Source: an uncultured Candidatus Binatia bacterium
Lineage (GTDB): Bacteria; Desulfobacterota; Binatia; UBA9968; JAJDTQ01
Reading direction: 5' to 3'
Assembly: GCA_965242525.1 (NCBI GenBank)
Contig: OZ251459.1
Location: 3,136,001-3,200,000, forward strand
DNA length: 64,000 nucleotides
Part shown: positions 27,344 to 37,479 of the stretch, piece after piece
Position numbering within the stretch: position 1 is the first letter of the stretch
Layout: each line of letters starts with the position of its first letter
Position numbers and translations under genes: made by a program
The notes under the pieces: generated by a model
What the model saw: the letters and a program-made list of their open reading frames with translations, nothing else
The model's database searches: none
Told to the model about the DNA's origin: nothing

Positions 27344-28324
27344 CTACACGTTGACCCGCTTCATGTCCCGGGTGCGGTCGCCGGCCGCGGCGCCGTAGGG
27401 GAGGATGGCGTCCAGGCGGCGCAGGTCCGCGTCGGTGAGATCCACGTCCACGGCCTCGACGTTCTCCTCCAGGTGGACGCGGCTCTTGTTGCTGGGGATG
27501 GGGACGATGTCCGGTCCCTGGGCCATGAGCCACGCCAGCGAGAGCTGGGCGGCGGTGACGCCCTTGTCCCTGGCGACGGCTTCCACCTTGGCCAGCAGCT
27601 CCAGGTTCCGTTCCATGTTGCCCGGCTGGAAGCGGGGCTGGCTGCGCCGGTTGTCGCCTTGGGAAAGCTCGTCCAGGCCGCGGACCGCGCCGGCAAAGAA
27701 GCCCCGGCCCAGGGGCGAATAGGCCATCAGCCCCATGCCGAACTCGCGGCAGGCATCGATGTTGCCCTGCTCGGGGTCCCGGGACCACAATGAGTACTCG
27801 ATCTGGAGGGACACGATGGGATGGACCTTCCAGGCCCGGCGGATGGACCCGGCGCTGGCCTCGGAAAGGCCGATGTAGCGGGTCTTCCCCTGCTCCACGA
27901 GCCGGGCCATGCCGCCCACCGACTCCTCCACCGGCACCGCGGGATCGATGCGCGACATGCAGAAGACGTCCAGGCATTCGATGCCCAGCCGCCGGAGGCT
28001 CTCCTCGCAGGTGCGGGTCAGGTACTCGGGGGAGCTGCCGCCGTCGAGCCCGGTCCCGTCCGCGGCCCGCGGGCTGCCGGACTTGGAGTGGATCACCACT
28101 TGGCGGCGCCTGCCCCGGATGGCCTTGCCGATGAGCTCGTGGTTGTGTCCGTTGCCGTAGCTTGCGGAGGTGTCGAGGAAGTTGATCCCCAACTCGAAGG
28201 CACGGTGCAGGGTGGCGATGGACTCGGCGTCGTCTCCCGCCCCGTACGCCCCCGACATGCTGTAGCAGCCGAGCCCCATGGGGGACACCTCGTAGTCCGT
28301 GCATCCGAACCGGCGGTATTCCAT
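27344..28324 (-). CDS. Aldo/keto reductase
   Basis: GLGC, DTSASYG, EESLRRLG, GKTRYIGLSE, AYSPLGRG; AGGAGG RBS. Confidence 0.92.
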   Translation of the reverse strand: MEYRRFGCTDYEVSPMGLGCYSMSGAYGAGDDAESIATLHRAFELGINFLDTSASYGNGHNHELIGKAIRGRRRQVVIHSKSGSPRAADGTGLDGGSSPEYLTRTCEESLRRLGIECLDVFCMSRIDPAVPVEESVGGMARLVEQGKTRYIGLSEASAGSIRRAWKVHPIVSLQIEYSLWSRDPEQGNIDACREFGMGLMAYSPLGRGFFAGAVRGLDELSQGDNRRSQPRFQPGNMERNLELLAKVEAVARDKGVTAAQLSLAWLMAQGPDIVPIPSNKSRVHLEENVEAVDVDLTDADLRRLDAILPYGAAAGDRTRDMKRVNV

Positions 28325-28338
28325 GATGTTCCTCCTGT

Positions 28339-28356
28339 GGAAACCCTGAACGATCA
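28339..28356. repeat. Isolated left TIR GGAAACCCTGAACGATCA
   Basis: 17/18 inverted match to 27326-27343; overlaps the stop codon of the oxidase gene. Confidence 0.75.
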
Positions 28357-29910
28357 CCGGAGGACTTGCTCCGGATCTTCCACCACCAGGAACTGGCCCA
28401 TCATCCCGTTGTCTTCGTGTTCCATGATGTGGCAGTGGTACATGTAGGGAATTCGAGGGTCGGCGTACCGCTCGAAGGGCATGATGATCCGAACCACTTC
28501 ATCGGGAAGCGCCAGGACCGTGTCTTTCCAGCCGAGTTCGGCCCCGGTGGGCGGCTGGCCGTTGTGGTCGAGGATCTGGAACTGGACCAGGTGGACGTGG
28601 AAAGGGTGGGCCTGGCCGCCGCGGTTGACCACTTCCCAAACCTCGATGTCCCCCAGTCGCACGACCTCGTCGATCCTCGCCATGTCCATTACCTTGCCGT
28701 TGATGGGCGGCCCCCCGCGGCCGTCTCCCTGCACGGGCCCTCCCAACACCATCGGACGGACTCTGGCGGCGTCTCCGGCGTCCATGCGGGAGATGGTGTT
28801 GAGTCGCTTCGGCAGCGCGTGGGACGCGCGGGTTGCCGGCCGGGGAACGACCTTCAACAGTTGCAGGTTCCCGGTGCCGACCCCCCCGAAGAACGCCTCG
28901 ATGGTCTCCGGCAGTCCGGCCTCCGGGTAGCTTTGCAACACCGCCTCGGCGCCGTCACTGAAGTCCACCAGTATCTCGGCCCGCTCGCCGGGGGCGAGGA
29001 CCACGCGGTCGGTTGGAAGGGGGGTCTCGAGGAACCCGCCGTCCGTGGCGATCTGGTGGAACACGCGATCGTCGTCGAAGCCGATGTAGTAGATCCGCGC
29101 GTTGGAGCCGTTCAGCAGCCGGAACCGAATGCGGCGCGACTCGACCCGGAGGAACGGACTCCAGGTCCCGTTGACAAGCATGGTGTCGCCGTAAACGGCG
29201 CCCTGATTGATGGCGAAGCGAAACGCGCCGTCGTCGTCGAACAGCCGGTCCTGGATCACGAGCGGAACGTCGTCAACGCCGTAGGTCTTCGGCAGGTCCA
29301 GGGCGTCGCTGTTGTCGTCGTCGATCCACAGGAAGCCGGCGACCCCCTTGTAGGCGTGCCGCCCCGTGGCGCCGTGCGGATGCGGGTGGTACCACAGCGG
29401 AGCGGCCTGTTGATGGACCCGGAAGCTGGCGGTCCACGATCCTCCGGGCTCGATCCCCTGGTGCGGGGTGCCGTCCATGCGGGCGGGAACGTGCATCCCG
29501 TGCCAGTGCATGGTCGTCGTTTCGTCCAGCTCGTTCCGGACCACCAGATCCACGTCTTCGCCCCGACGCAGACGCAGTGTCGGCCCCAGGAACGGACCGT
29601 TCACGCCCGCGGTGGGCGTCCGTTTGCCCGGCAGGAACTCCCGGCTCCCTTTTGCAACGGTCAGGTGGAACTGCCGACGTCCGTCCACGACGGTTCCGAA
29701 CGACTGGTCGGGAATCAGCAACTCGTTCTCAAAGGTCAACCCGCCGTTCGTGACCCGGACGAACAGCAGCCAGTAGCAGACCCCGACCGACAACAGTACG
29801 ATCAGCAACAGTCCCGTCACGGCCTGCTTCAGCCGCCGGGGCCGGATCGCCCGGAACCACCCTTCGGCCTTCCGCCGAGCCGCGCTCCAAGGCGTCGCAC
29901 CCGTGGACAT
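28354..29910 (-). CDS. Multicopper oxidase (CueO/SufI-like), N-terminally membrane-anchored
   Basis: HWHG, WYHPH, HPFHVH, YHCHIMEHEDNGMM. Confidence 0.93.
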   Translation of the reverse strand: MSTGATPWSAARRKAEGWFRAIRPRRLKQAVTGLLLIVLLSVGVCYWLLFVRVTNGGLTFENELLIPDQSFGTVVDGRRQFHLTVAKGSREFLPGKRTPTAGVNGPFLGPTLRLRRGEDVDLVVRNELDETTTMHWHGMHVPARMDGTPHQGIEPGGSWTASFRVHQQAAPLWYHPHPHGATGRHAYKGVAGFLWIDDDNSDALDLPKTYGVDDVPLVIQDRLFDDDGAFRFAINQGAVYGDTMLVNGTWSPFLRVESRRIRFRLLNGSNARIYYIGFDDDRVFHQIATDGGFLETPLPTDRVVLAPGERAEILVDFSDGAEAVLQSYPEAGLPETIEAFFGGVGTGNLQLLKVVPRPATRASHALPKRLNTISRMDAGDAARVRPMVLGGPVQGDGRGGPPINGKVMDMARIDEVVRLGDIEVWEVVNRGGQAHPFHVHLVQFQILDHNGQPPTGAELGWKDTVLALPDEVVRIIMPFERYADPRIPYMYHCHIMEHEDNGMMGQFLVVEDPEQVLR

Positions 29911-29937
29911 GCTTACTCCTCGGAAATTCCGTTCTCA

Positions 29938-30053
29938 GGAAACTCTGAACAGTTCCGGCTTGAACTCCATCTCCTGTGGAAAAGCGCGTCCTTCGACTTC
30001 GCTTCGCTACGCTCAGGACGAACGGGGGTAATTGTTGATCGTTCAGAGTTTCC
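29938..30053. mobile_element. MITE-like element
   Basis: GGAAACTCTGAACAG...GATCGTTCAGAGTTTCC with the core; flanks not duplicated. Confidence 0.75.
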
Positions 30054-30102
30054 CTTGTTGGACGACAGAGGGTTCCCAAGAGGAAACGGACACATCTCGC
30101 TA

Positions 30103-30195
30103 GCCATAGTCCCGTTACGGTCACTGGTCGAAGGAAACTCTGAACAACGATCCCGTTCGTCCTGAGCGTAGCGAAGCGAAGTCGAAGGACGCGCT
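30103..30195 (+). repeat. 43-bp leader ending in a left TIR, followed by the core (copy A)
   Basis: 30103-30145 matches 31315-31357 at 37/43. Confidence 0.75.
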
Positions 30196-30249
30196 CGAGG
30201 TCCTGAGTTCGTCCTCACGACCCTTTCACGAGGGAGACTCCGTGTCCCG

Positions 30250-31251
30250 TTACGTCCGGCAGGCCGCCAACTCGGCGTAGTTGTGGAGGCCGAGGGCGCG
30301 TTCGCCCGATTCCAGCTCGCCCATCATGGCCAGCAGCTTGTCGCACAGCGGCGTGGACAGGCCCAGCCGGGCGCTCTCGCGCACCACGTGGCCCAGCGTG
30401 AACTCCACCTCCAGCTTGTCCCCGGCCAGCAGTTGCCGCAGCGGACCCTTGCGGTCGTCGGGCTTCCACGACGCGGCGTAGGCGTTCAGGATCGCCAGGC
30501 GCGCGTCCAGGGGCTTGTCGGGGTGGAGCTCCGGCGGGTCGTACTCCGCCAACGGGACGAACCGGGCGCCCGCGGCCCTGCCCACGGCCACCGCCTCGCC
30601 CAGGAAGTCCGCCAGGAGCCGCCGGTCTTCGGGGCCGGCGCAACTCTCGGTCATGGCCGCGTCCGCCAGCGAGCCGTAGTAGCCGAAGCAGGTGTAGGTG
30701 AGCTTGCTCCAGAGCACTCCGAGGATGTTGTCCGACACCTCGCTCGGGATCACCGCGTCCAGCATGGCGTTGAGGTCCGCGAGCCCGGCCGTGGCGCGGC
30801 CGTGGGAATGGCCGACGTACAGGTGCCCCCGCACCGCGGTGTGCAGGCGTCCCGGGGCCACGCGCCGGCTGCCCATGCGAATGGCCACCCCCACCACCCG
30901 ATCCGGGGCCAGAGCCTCTTCCAGCAGCGGCAGGTTGATGCCGTTCTGGAGCGACACCGCGAGACCGTCCTCCGTCAAGCGCGGCAGCACCGCGGCCAGC
31001 GCGTCCCGGGTGTAGTTGCAGCGCACCGCGATGAAGGCCGCGTCGTACGTCCCCCGGACCTCCTCGGGGAACGCCACCGGGACCCTCACGCGGAACGGGC
31101 CATCGGGCGCGTCCACCTGGAGGCCATGCTCCCGGATGGCGGCCACGTGCTCCCGGTCCACGTCCACCAGGGTGACGTCCCGCCCGGCCCGGGCCAGCCG
31201 TCCGCCGATGATGCCCCCGATGGGGCCGGCGCCCATGACGATCAAGCGCAT
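30250..31251 (-). CDS. Ketopantoate reductase (PanE/ApbA) family protein
   Basis: GAGPIGG, SLQNG, WSKL, C-terminal KLEVEF. Confidence 0.85.
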   Translation of the reverse strand: MRLIVMGAGPIGGIIGGRLARAGRDVTLVDVDREHVAAIREHGLQVDAPDGPFRVRVPVAFPEEVRGTYDAAFIAVRCNYTRDALAAVLPRLTEDGLAVSLQNGINLPLLEEALAPDRVVGVAIRMGSRRVAPGRLHTAVRGHLYVGHSHGRATAGLADLNAMLDAVIPSEVSDNILGVLWSKLTYTCFGYYGSLADAAMTESCAGPEDRRLLADFLGEAVAVGRAAGARFVPLAEYDPPELHPDKPLDARLAILNAYAASWKPDDRKGPLRQLLAGDKLEVEFTLGHVVRESARLGLSTPLCDKLLAMMGELESGERALGLHNYAELAACRT

Positions 31252-31314
31252 GGAGGCAACCTCCAGAGGCTCCCCGCCGCCGCTCCCTGCTCACTGGTCA
31301 GGCGCATCCCCCTG

Positions 31315-31494
31315 GCCATTGTCCCATTACGGTCACTGGTTGGAGGAACCTCCGAACCACACTCTGAAGGACACCCGTGAACCACGGTCCCCGTTCCTCC
31401 TGGGCGCAGCGAAATCGAACATCCTCGTTCGTCCCGAGCGCAGCGAAATTTCCCGTTCGTCCTGAGCGTAGCGAAGCGAAGTCGAAGGACGCGC
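31315..31494 (+). repeat. 43-bp leader ending in a left TIR, followed by cores (copy B)
   Basis: Direct repeat of the 30103 block; two to three cores follow. Confidence 0.75.
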
Positions 31495-31530
31495 GTGCCC
31501 ATGGAGAGAAGGAACGCGAACCGGAACGAA

Positions 31531-32622
31531 TCAGGCGTTCCCGAAGTAGATGACGCCCTTGACGATCTCGTACCGGGCCATGGCTTGCAGCGCCTCGTTG
31601 ACCTGCTCCAGCTTGTACTCGGCGCTGATCATCTCCTCGAACGGGAACGTGTCCTTGCGCGAGGAGAGGAAATCGACGGCCTGGAGCCAGTGCCGGGGCT
31701 CGCCGGAGCGGATGGTGTGCAGGACCATTTCCTGGGGCAGGTCCTGGACCCCGACCGCGGCCTTGCCGCCGGCGCCGATGTTGACGAAGCGCCCGCCCCC
31801 GCGCAGCAGCGTGAGGCCCTCGGGCACCGCCATGTTGTTGGCCACCTGCACCACCACGTCGCCGCCGCGCCCGTCGGTGTGGTCCCGCACCCACTGGCGG
31901 CGGTCCCCGGGGTCGGTGACCTCCTCCAGGTTCAGCACCGCGTCCGCGCCCATGCGCTTGCTCACCTCCAGCCGCGCGGCCGGCGCGCCGATGACCAGCA
32001 CCTGCTTGGCGCCGTGGTCCCGGGCCACCGCGGTGGCGAAGTTGCCCAGCGGCCCGCTGCCCTGAATCACCACGGTCTCGTGGCTCTTGATCGCGCCGAG
32101 GCGGTCGTAGCCGTGCATCACCGTGCGGTAGGCGCACGCGGAAGCGGCCGCGGACGCCGAAGTCACGTCGTCCGGCACCCGGATGATCTCGCACGGCGGG
32201 GGGACGTACATGTACTCAGACACGCTTCCCAGCAGGTAGGGGTACCGGTCGCTGCGGTTGTGCCCCCAGGAGGCCCGTCCCGGGCAGATGCACGGCTGGA
32301 GGGCCACCGTGCAGTAGTAGCAGTGGCCGCAGGCCACGTAGCTCCACACGATGCGGTCGCCGGGCTTCACCGGCTTGCCCAGGATATCCGTGCGCTCGCC
32401 GTTGACCTCCTCGATGTAGCCGCACGGCTCGTGCCCGGTGATGATGGGCAGGGTGTCGCCGCCGCCCAGCGGACCGTGCCAGCGGTGCACGTCGGTGCCG
32501 CAGATGGTGGACGCCTCCATGCGCACCAGCAACGCCCCCGGCTCCAGGTCGGGTACGGGCACTTTCCGTATTTCCAGCGGCTCGTTGTGGGACACCACCA
32601 CCGCGGCGCGGCATTCGTCCAT
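31531..32622 (-). CDS. Zinc-binding alcohol dehydrogenase
   Basis: CGTD, GHE, CGHCYYC...C, GSGPLG. Confidence 0.92.
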   Translation of the reverse strand: MDECRAAVVVSHNEPLEIRKVPVPDLEPGALLVRMEASTICGTDVHRWHGPLGGGDTLPIITGHEPCGYIEEVNGERTDILGKPVKPGDRIVWSYVACGHCYYCTVALQPCICPGRASWGHNRSDRYPYLLGSVSEYMYVPPPCEIIRVPDDVTSASAAASACAYRTVMHGYDRLGAIKSHETVVIQGSGPLGNFATAVARDHGAKQVLVIGAPAARLEVSKRMGADAVLNLEEVTDPGDRRQWVRDHTDGRGGDVVVQVANNMAVPEGLTLLRGGGRFVNIGAGGKAAVGVQDLPQEMVLHTIRSGEPRHWLQAVDFLSSRKDTFPFEEMISAEYKLEQVNEALQAMARYEIVKGVIYFGNA

Positions 32623-32734
32623 GGCGCTCTCCTTGCGGGGTCCGGGCCGCGGGCCCCCGCGGTCCCGTGTCGGCATCACGAAGGGGCAGGACGCGACCCA
32701 CGCCCTGCCCCCGTGCGGGAAAGCCCTTGGACGG

Positions 32735-33856
32735 CTATGCCTTGGCCGCTGCGGCCGCGGCCCCGGAACCCGCGGCCTCCGGCTTGTAGAACCGCTCCGC
32801 GTTGCGGTAGAGCATGGCCGCCTTGTCGTCCGCGGTGAGCTCGCCGCTCTCCATCAACTCGCCGAGGTCGTGCTTGCAGCTCTCGTTGGTGACCTCGTGC
32901 GGGAAGTCGGACGAGTACAGGAACGGCCGGTTGCCCACCACCTTGATGGCGAAGGGGAGCGTCAGCTCCTCGGTCTCGATCCCCAGGTAGAAGCGGTCCT
33001 CGTCGATGAGCTGCCGGATGACCTGGGCGGGGTCGTCGTCTTCGCCGATGCCGAACTCGCCGTCCGGGATGTACTGGAAGTGGGTCTCGTGGGAGGCGTG
33101 CAGCCGCTCCAGCAGCACCAGCAGCCACGCCACCCCGCCTTCGAGGAAGGCGATGCGCACGTTGGGGAAGCGCTGGAAGATGCCGTTGTAGAGGATGTTG
33201 GCGCAGTTGAGGCCGATGCCCCAGGGATGGCCCAGGGCGTGCACCGGCACGTACATGTTCATCTGGTCCAGTCCGAACCGGTCGTGGCACCCGCCGTGCA
33301 CCGCGAGGCAGCAACCCAGCCTGTCGGCCTCTTCGTAGATGGGCCAGTACGCCTTGGCCCCCAGGGGTTGCGCGAGGCCGTTGGACGGCATCATGGCGCC
33401 CATCATGCCGAGCTCGGTGACGGCCCGCCGCAGCTCCCTGGCCGCTTCCTCCGGGTCCTGCATGGGGATCAGGGCCATGCCGTTGAAGCGCGGGTCGCGT
33501 TGCAGGTAGGTGTGGTACATCCAGTCGTTGTAGGCCCTGGTGCACGCAACCGCGTAGTCGAGGCTGACGATCTTGCCGTAGGCCAGACCCTGGGTCGGGT
33601 ACATCACGGTCCAGTCGATGCCCACGTCCTCCAGGAACTCCAGCCAGCCGTCGGGACCTACCTTGGGACGCCCGTCCCGGAGCGGCGGCGTCTCCACCGC
33701 GCGGCCGTCGTGGAGGTGGTCGATGGGCGGAAAGATGACCCCCTTCTTGCCGGCGATCTCCCGGTACGGCGACGCCATGTGCTCCAGGATCCCCGGGTTG
33801 TCCTCCATGATGTGGCCGTCGCCGTCGATGATGCGTGTGTTCAGTTGACCGGACAT
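32735..33856 (-). CDS. Amidohydrolase_2 family protein
   Basis: IIDGDGH, AVHGG, AFLEGG, SSDFPHE. Confidence 0.88.
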   Translation of the reverse strand: MSGQLNTRIIDGDGHIMEDNPGILEHMASPYREIAGKKGVIFPPIDHLHDGRAVETPPLRDGRPKVGPDGWLEFLEDVGIDWTVMYPTQGLAYGKIVSLDYAVACTRAYNDWMYHTYLQRDPRFNGMALIPMQDPEEAARELRRAVTELGMMGAMMPSNGLAQPLGAKAYWPIYEEADRLGCCLAVHGGCHDRFGLDQMNMYVPVHALGHPWGIGLNCANILYNGIFQRFPNVRIAFLEGGVAWLLVLLERLHASHETHFQYIPDGEFGIGEDDDPAQVIRQLIDEDRFYLGIETEELTLPFAIKVVGNRPFLYSSDFPHEVTNESCKHDLGELMESGELTADDKAAMLYRNAERFYKPEAAGSGAAAAAAKA

Positions 33857-34051
33857 GATCCTGTTACCTCCTGACGTGGAATGGAGCCCCAGTCGAAGCG
33901 CGAAGCGTGCTCCTTTCCGGCCCTTATACCGCTCATTGCCTCCGTACATCAAGGGATTCGGCGGCTTTTCCCGGCCGCCGCCCTCGGCCGCACCGGCGCC
34001 GTCCCAGGGCCACGGCCCGAGGGACAGGAGATGGGCCACCCGCGAGCCGGT

Positions 34052-35254
34052 TCAGTCCGTGGCAGATTCCTTCGATGCAGAGAGAACTGCCGCTTCAGGA
34101 ATGCGGGGCAGCCCTTGCCGTTGCAGGTACAGGGCGTAACGCTGCTGGATCCTGGTGAGATAAGGGGGCAACAGCCGGCCGATACGCTTGTCCTTTATAG
34201 TGACAAACCGCTTTATCCAAAGTTTCCTGAAACGGAACCGCACGCTTTTTCGCTCGTGGATGGAAAACGCAATGCTCTCATTTACCTGTTCTTCGAACTG
34301 CCCGAGTTTACACTGATAACGTTCCTTCAATTCTTCATCGTTCATCGCTTCCCCTTCAATGCAATATAACTCCACCTGGTCAATCGGTTGGCCACTCCTG
34401 GGAACGCAGTCGCAGTCCGGTCTGATATTGAGCAAGTATCTCTTCTCGGACATCTGGAACAGGTCGCCACATCTTATTTCATTTGCTGGGACAGCGCCCT
34501 GAAAGCTGATTTCGCCGATCAACCCCTGCAGATCTTCCTGCAGATCTTCTAGAGAAACATCGGCAGGGGTAGCTTCGAGTATTGCGGCTTCGAATGCGTC
34601 TGTACGCATGCGTCCCCGCAGGTTGTCGTTGATCAGATGGGTGAGGGACGAGCTTGGGTCCACGCCGTCGGCTCTGTACTCCTTCCAGAAAGCCCTGGGC
34701 CAGTCTGGACTCCTTGCGTACATGGAACCAAAGAGATCCTTCTTGGCGGCATGGAACACTCTCTCCCAGGTTTTCAGGGAATACACCGATGCGTTGTTTC
34801 TCATCCATTGCTCGATAGCGCTCAGATCCAGCTTATCGCCGTGCAGCAGTTCATTCTTCCACTGAATGAACACGAAACTCGATTCGGTCATCTCCTCTCG
34901 GTAAATGTCACAAGGCAACTTGCTCTTGATGTCCTCGGGGTCCCCGTTGGTGAAGATCAAAACAGGCACGAAGTAGTCCTTCGCCCGCTCAACGAACTCG
35001 ATATTCAGCTTCTCCAGTTCGGTGCTACCATTCGGCCACAGCTTCCAATCCAACAGAATAAAGCTGGCAGCTTGCAACAGATTCGGCCAAGTGCCTTTCG
35101 GCGGTATCTGTTTCGCCTTGCAGAATGGCAGATTCCATTCTCGTTCGAGTTGATGGACGATCTCCAGGATTCGATCCTCCTCCCCGTCCTGATCCCCTTC
35201 GATCTGGTCGTCGATCACCACAGCGATGCCGGACAACAGGTCCTTGAGGTCCAT
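34052..35254 (-). CDS. Receiver-domain protein with uncharacterised C-terminal domain
   Basis: AVVIDD...FILLDW...VLIFT receiver pattern. C-terminal GDLF...YLLNIRPDCDC. 1-nt overlap with the kinase gene. Confidence 0.75.
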   Translation of the reverse strand: MDLKDLLSGIAVVIDDQIEGDQDGEEDRILEIVHQLEREWNLPFCKAKQIPPKGTWPNLLQAASFILLDWKLWPNGSTELEKLNIEFVERAKDYFVPVLIFTNGDPEDIKSKLPCDIYREEMTESSFVFIQWKNELLHGDKLDLSAIEQWMRNNASVYSLKTWERVFHAAKKDLFGSMYARSPDWPRAFWKEYRADGVDPSSSLTHLINDNLRGRMRTDAFEAAILEATPADVSLEDLQEDLQGLIGEISFQGAVPANEIRCGDLFQMSEKRYLLNIRPDCDCVPRSGQPIDQVELYCIEGEAMNDEELKERYQCKLGQFEEQVNESIAFSIHERKSVRFRFRKLWIKRFVTIKDKRIGRLLPPYLTRIQQRYALYLQRQGLPRIPEAAVLSASKESATD

Positions 35255-37479
35255 CAGGCATCCTCCTTCACAAAGCTGACGACGAAGTTGGCGCCCGGCA
35301 AGACCTTCTGGTGGTCCTCCGCGAAGGCGATGCGGTAGTCGTGCCGCTCCAGCAACTGGCGGGCGATGTACAGGCCCAGGCCTCGTCCTTCCTCTCCCTT
35401 CCCGGAATAGAAGGGCTCGAATATGTACGGCAGGTCTTCCGGGTCCACACCGGGTCCATTGTCCGAAAAAATGAGTTCGCTCCGGTCTCCGTTGACGGTA
35501 ACGCGGATTTCACGTTTGGCCGGATCCACGGCCTCCAGCCAGTAGGCGGCGTTGTCGAACAAGTTGATCAGGACCTGCATGACCACTCCGTCGGTGGTGT
35601 TGGCCACCAGCGGCGAACTGCCCACGTTGGCCTTTCGATAGTCGATGGTCCGTTGTTCCAGCAGGCTGCGGTATATCTGGCCAATTTTGTCCAGCACCGG
35701 CTCGACCTTGAGAACCTTCCGGCGTCTTCGCGAGGACTTGAACAGACTCTGCACGTCCCGCATTCCGTCCATGATCTGCTGGAGTACCCCCACAAGCATG
35801 TCCGCCTGCTCCCGAACGTCATCTATGCCTGCCTCTCTTGCCTTCCGTGCCAGCCGTTTGCTGACTTCCTGAGCGCGGCTCATCAGGAGCATGATGTCGT
35901 GAGACGCCATTTCCACAGATAGACCTACCCCTGCCAGGTCCTCGGTGATGTCGGCGCGTTGGGATAGATATTCCTTCTCACGTTCGTAGTTGGCCTCGAT
36001 CCTGGACACTTCACGTGCCCGTGGCTTCTGTCCCGACTTTTCGAGTCCACTCTTCAGCTCCGCCAAGCCTTGGGCAACCACCCCTTCACGCACGAACCGG
36101 GCGGCACTGCGCTCTTGTTGCTTCTGCTGATAGCGTGCATAGGGATACTGCCTTACGTAGGAAAGGAAGGCTTGCACCAGAAAGATAAGGTCGTGGGCGG
36201 CTCCACCGGTCTCGATCAAACCCTCGCGATTGGTCTTGTCCCTCAGGCGAGTGTTTCCCTCCTGGGTGATGTCGATCCAGCCGATGACCTGGTCGTTGCT
36301 GAAAAAATTACCCGCTCGGCCAATGCCGCGAGTTACGTCGATACTGAGCCAGTCATCATTAGGGTCACCGTAGGGATACACCCGCACCCCGTCCCGGTAC
36401 AGGTAGATCCGATGATCCTTGAGGAGTTTCCGCTCTTTCGGAGTGAGTGCGTACCGGCCGTCACTGCGCTTTGAGAAATCGAAGATGTAGAAATGGAATG
36501 CGAAATCCCCACAGGTGTATGGGGTGCCGCTGTTGGACTGGCCTGAGAACGGAAGCGCCATCTGTGAAGCGGCCTTGTCGAAACGTTGCCGCCATATCCA
36601 TAGACGCGTGATCTTTGCATCCGTCATGCTAATTTCGTTTCTATTGTCGTTGGTCTCGAAGGAGAAAGTAGTTTGCTCGGAATGAAAGTTTCCCTGAATC
36701 GCCAATACCGACTTGTCTTCGATCAAGGCTCTCAGGTTTTCCGCTTCCTCGGTTTCAATTGCCCGGGCTTCACCGTTGCAGACGACGGCGATCTCAAAAC
36801 GATCGGCGGATTTATGGCGCGTGAGCCGCGATACGGGATCCGTCAAGTTGGAGGCATCGCGGCACAAATCCTCGACGATCTCCTCATTCCAGTCGCCCTT
36901 CAGGGCCTCGATTTCTATCAGGGTGCCATGTTCGAAGCCGGGGAATTTCACCGGCCGGGACTGTGAACAATCGATCCGGATTTCATCCAGGAAAATTTCC
37001 TTCTCCTGACCATCCTCGCTGACGAAGTCGTCGTCGAACCGGGAAAAATCATAAGCCAGCACGGTTTCGAACTCCGTGTCAGGAGGGCGTGTCGTGACCA
37101 TGACCACTTTGCCCAGTTTCAGCACTGCAAAGCGTCCGATACCCTTTTCGCCCTGGATGATCCTCTTCCTGACACGCGTCTTTCTTTGTCCTTTCCGTTT
37201 GTCGAGATATTTTTGCGGCGCCGCGGGGTTCATCCACTGGTTACGAATGATGTCTTCCGTCATCCCGACACCATCATCCCGCACCACGATGCGGGAACGT
37301 TCATTGCATGTCATGTCATCATTGAAATCCTCGAACCGTACTTCGACGCGATCCGCGTCCGCGTCGTATGCGTTCTTGATGAGTTCGATCAGCGCGATCC
37401 GCTCGTTCTTGATCAACTGGTCGCCCAGCATGGTCAACAGCCGGGCATAAGGGCGGAGCGATAGCGCTTCAGGCTTCAT
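35254..37479 (-). CDS. GHKL (MORC/Hsp90-like) ATPase fused to a histidine kinase
   Basis: N-terminal ELIKNAYDA, DDGVGM, GEKGIGRFA. C-terminal ASHD, NLFDNA, DNGPG, FEPF, GRGLGL. No TM segments. Confidence 0.88.
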   Translation of the reverse strand: MKPEALSLRPYARLLTMLGDQLIKNERIALIELIKNAYDADADRVEVRFEDFNDDMTCNERSRIVVRDDGVGMTEDIIRNQWMNPAAPQKYLDKRKGQRKTRVRKRIIQGEKGIGRFAVLKLGKVVMVTTRPPDTEFETVLAYDFSRFDDDFVSEDGQEKEIFLDEIRIDCSQSRPVKFPGFEHGTLIEIEALKGDWNEEIVEDLCRDASNLTDPVSRLTRHKSADRFEIAVVCNGEARAIETEEAENLRALIEDKSVLAIQGNFHSEQTTFSFETNDNRNEISMTDAKITRLWIWRQRFDKAASQMALPFSGQSNSGTPYTCGDFAFHFYIFDFSKRSDGRYALTPKERKLLKDHRIYLYRDGVRVYPYGDPNDDWLSIDVTRGIGRAGNFFSNDQVIGWIDITQEGNTRLRDKTNREGLIETGGAAHDLIFLVQAFLSYVRQYPYARYQQKQQERSAARFVREGVVAQGLAELKSGLEKSGQKPRAREVSRIEANYEREKEYLSQRADITEDLAGVGLSVEMASHDIMLLMSRAQEVSKRLARKAREAGIDDVREQADMLVGVLQQIMDGMRDVQSLFKSSRRRRKVLKVEPVLDKIGQIYRSLLEQRTIDYRKANVGSSPLVANTTDGVVMQVLINLFDNAAYWLEAVDPAKREIRVTVNGDRSELIFSDNGPGVDPEDLPYIFEPFYSGKGEEGRGLGLYIARQLLERHDYRIAFAEDHQKVLPGANFVVSFVKEDA

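Noticed and set aside
28339-30053. MITE-ended transposon carrying the multicopper oxidase
   Set aside because: Ends face inward but the flanks differ (CTGT vs CTTG), and the right end belongs to the self-contained unit 29938-30053.
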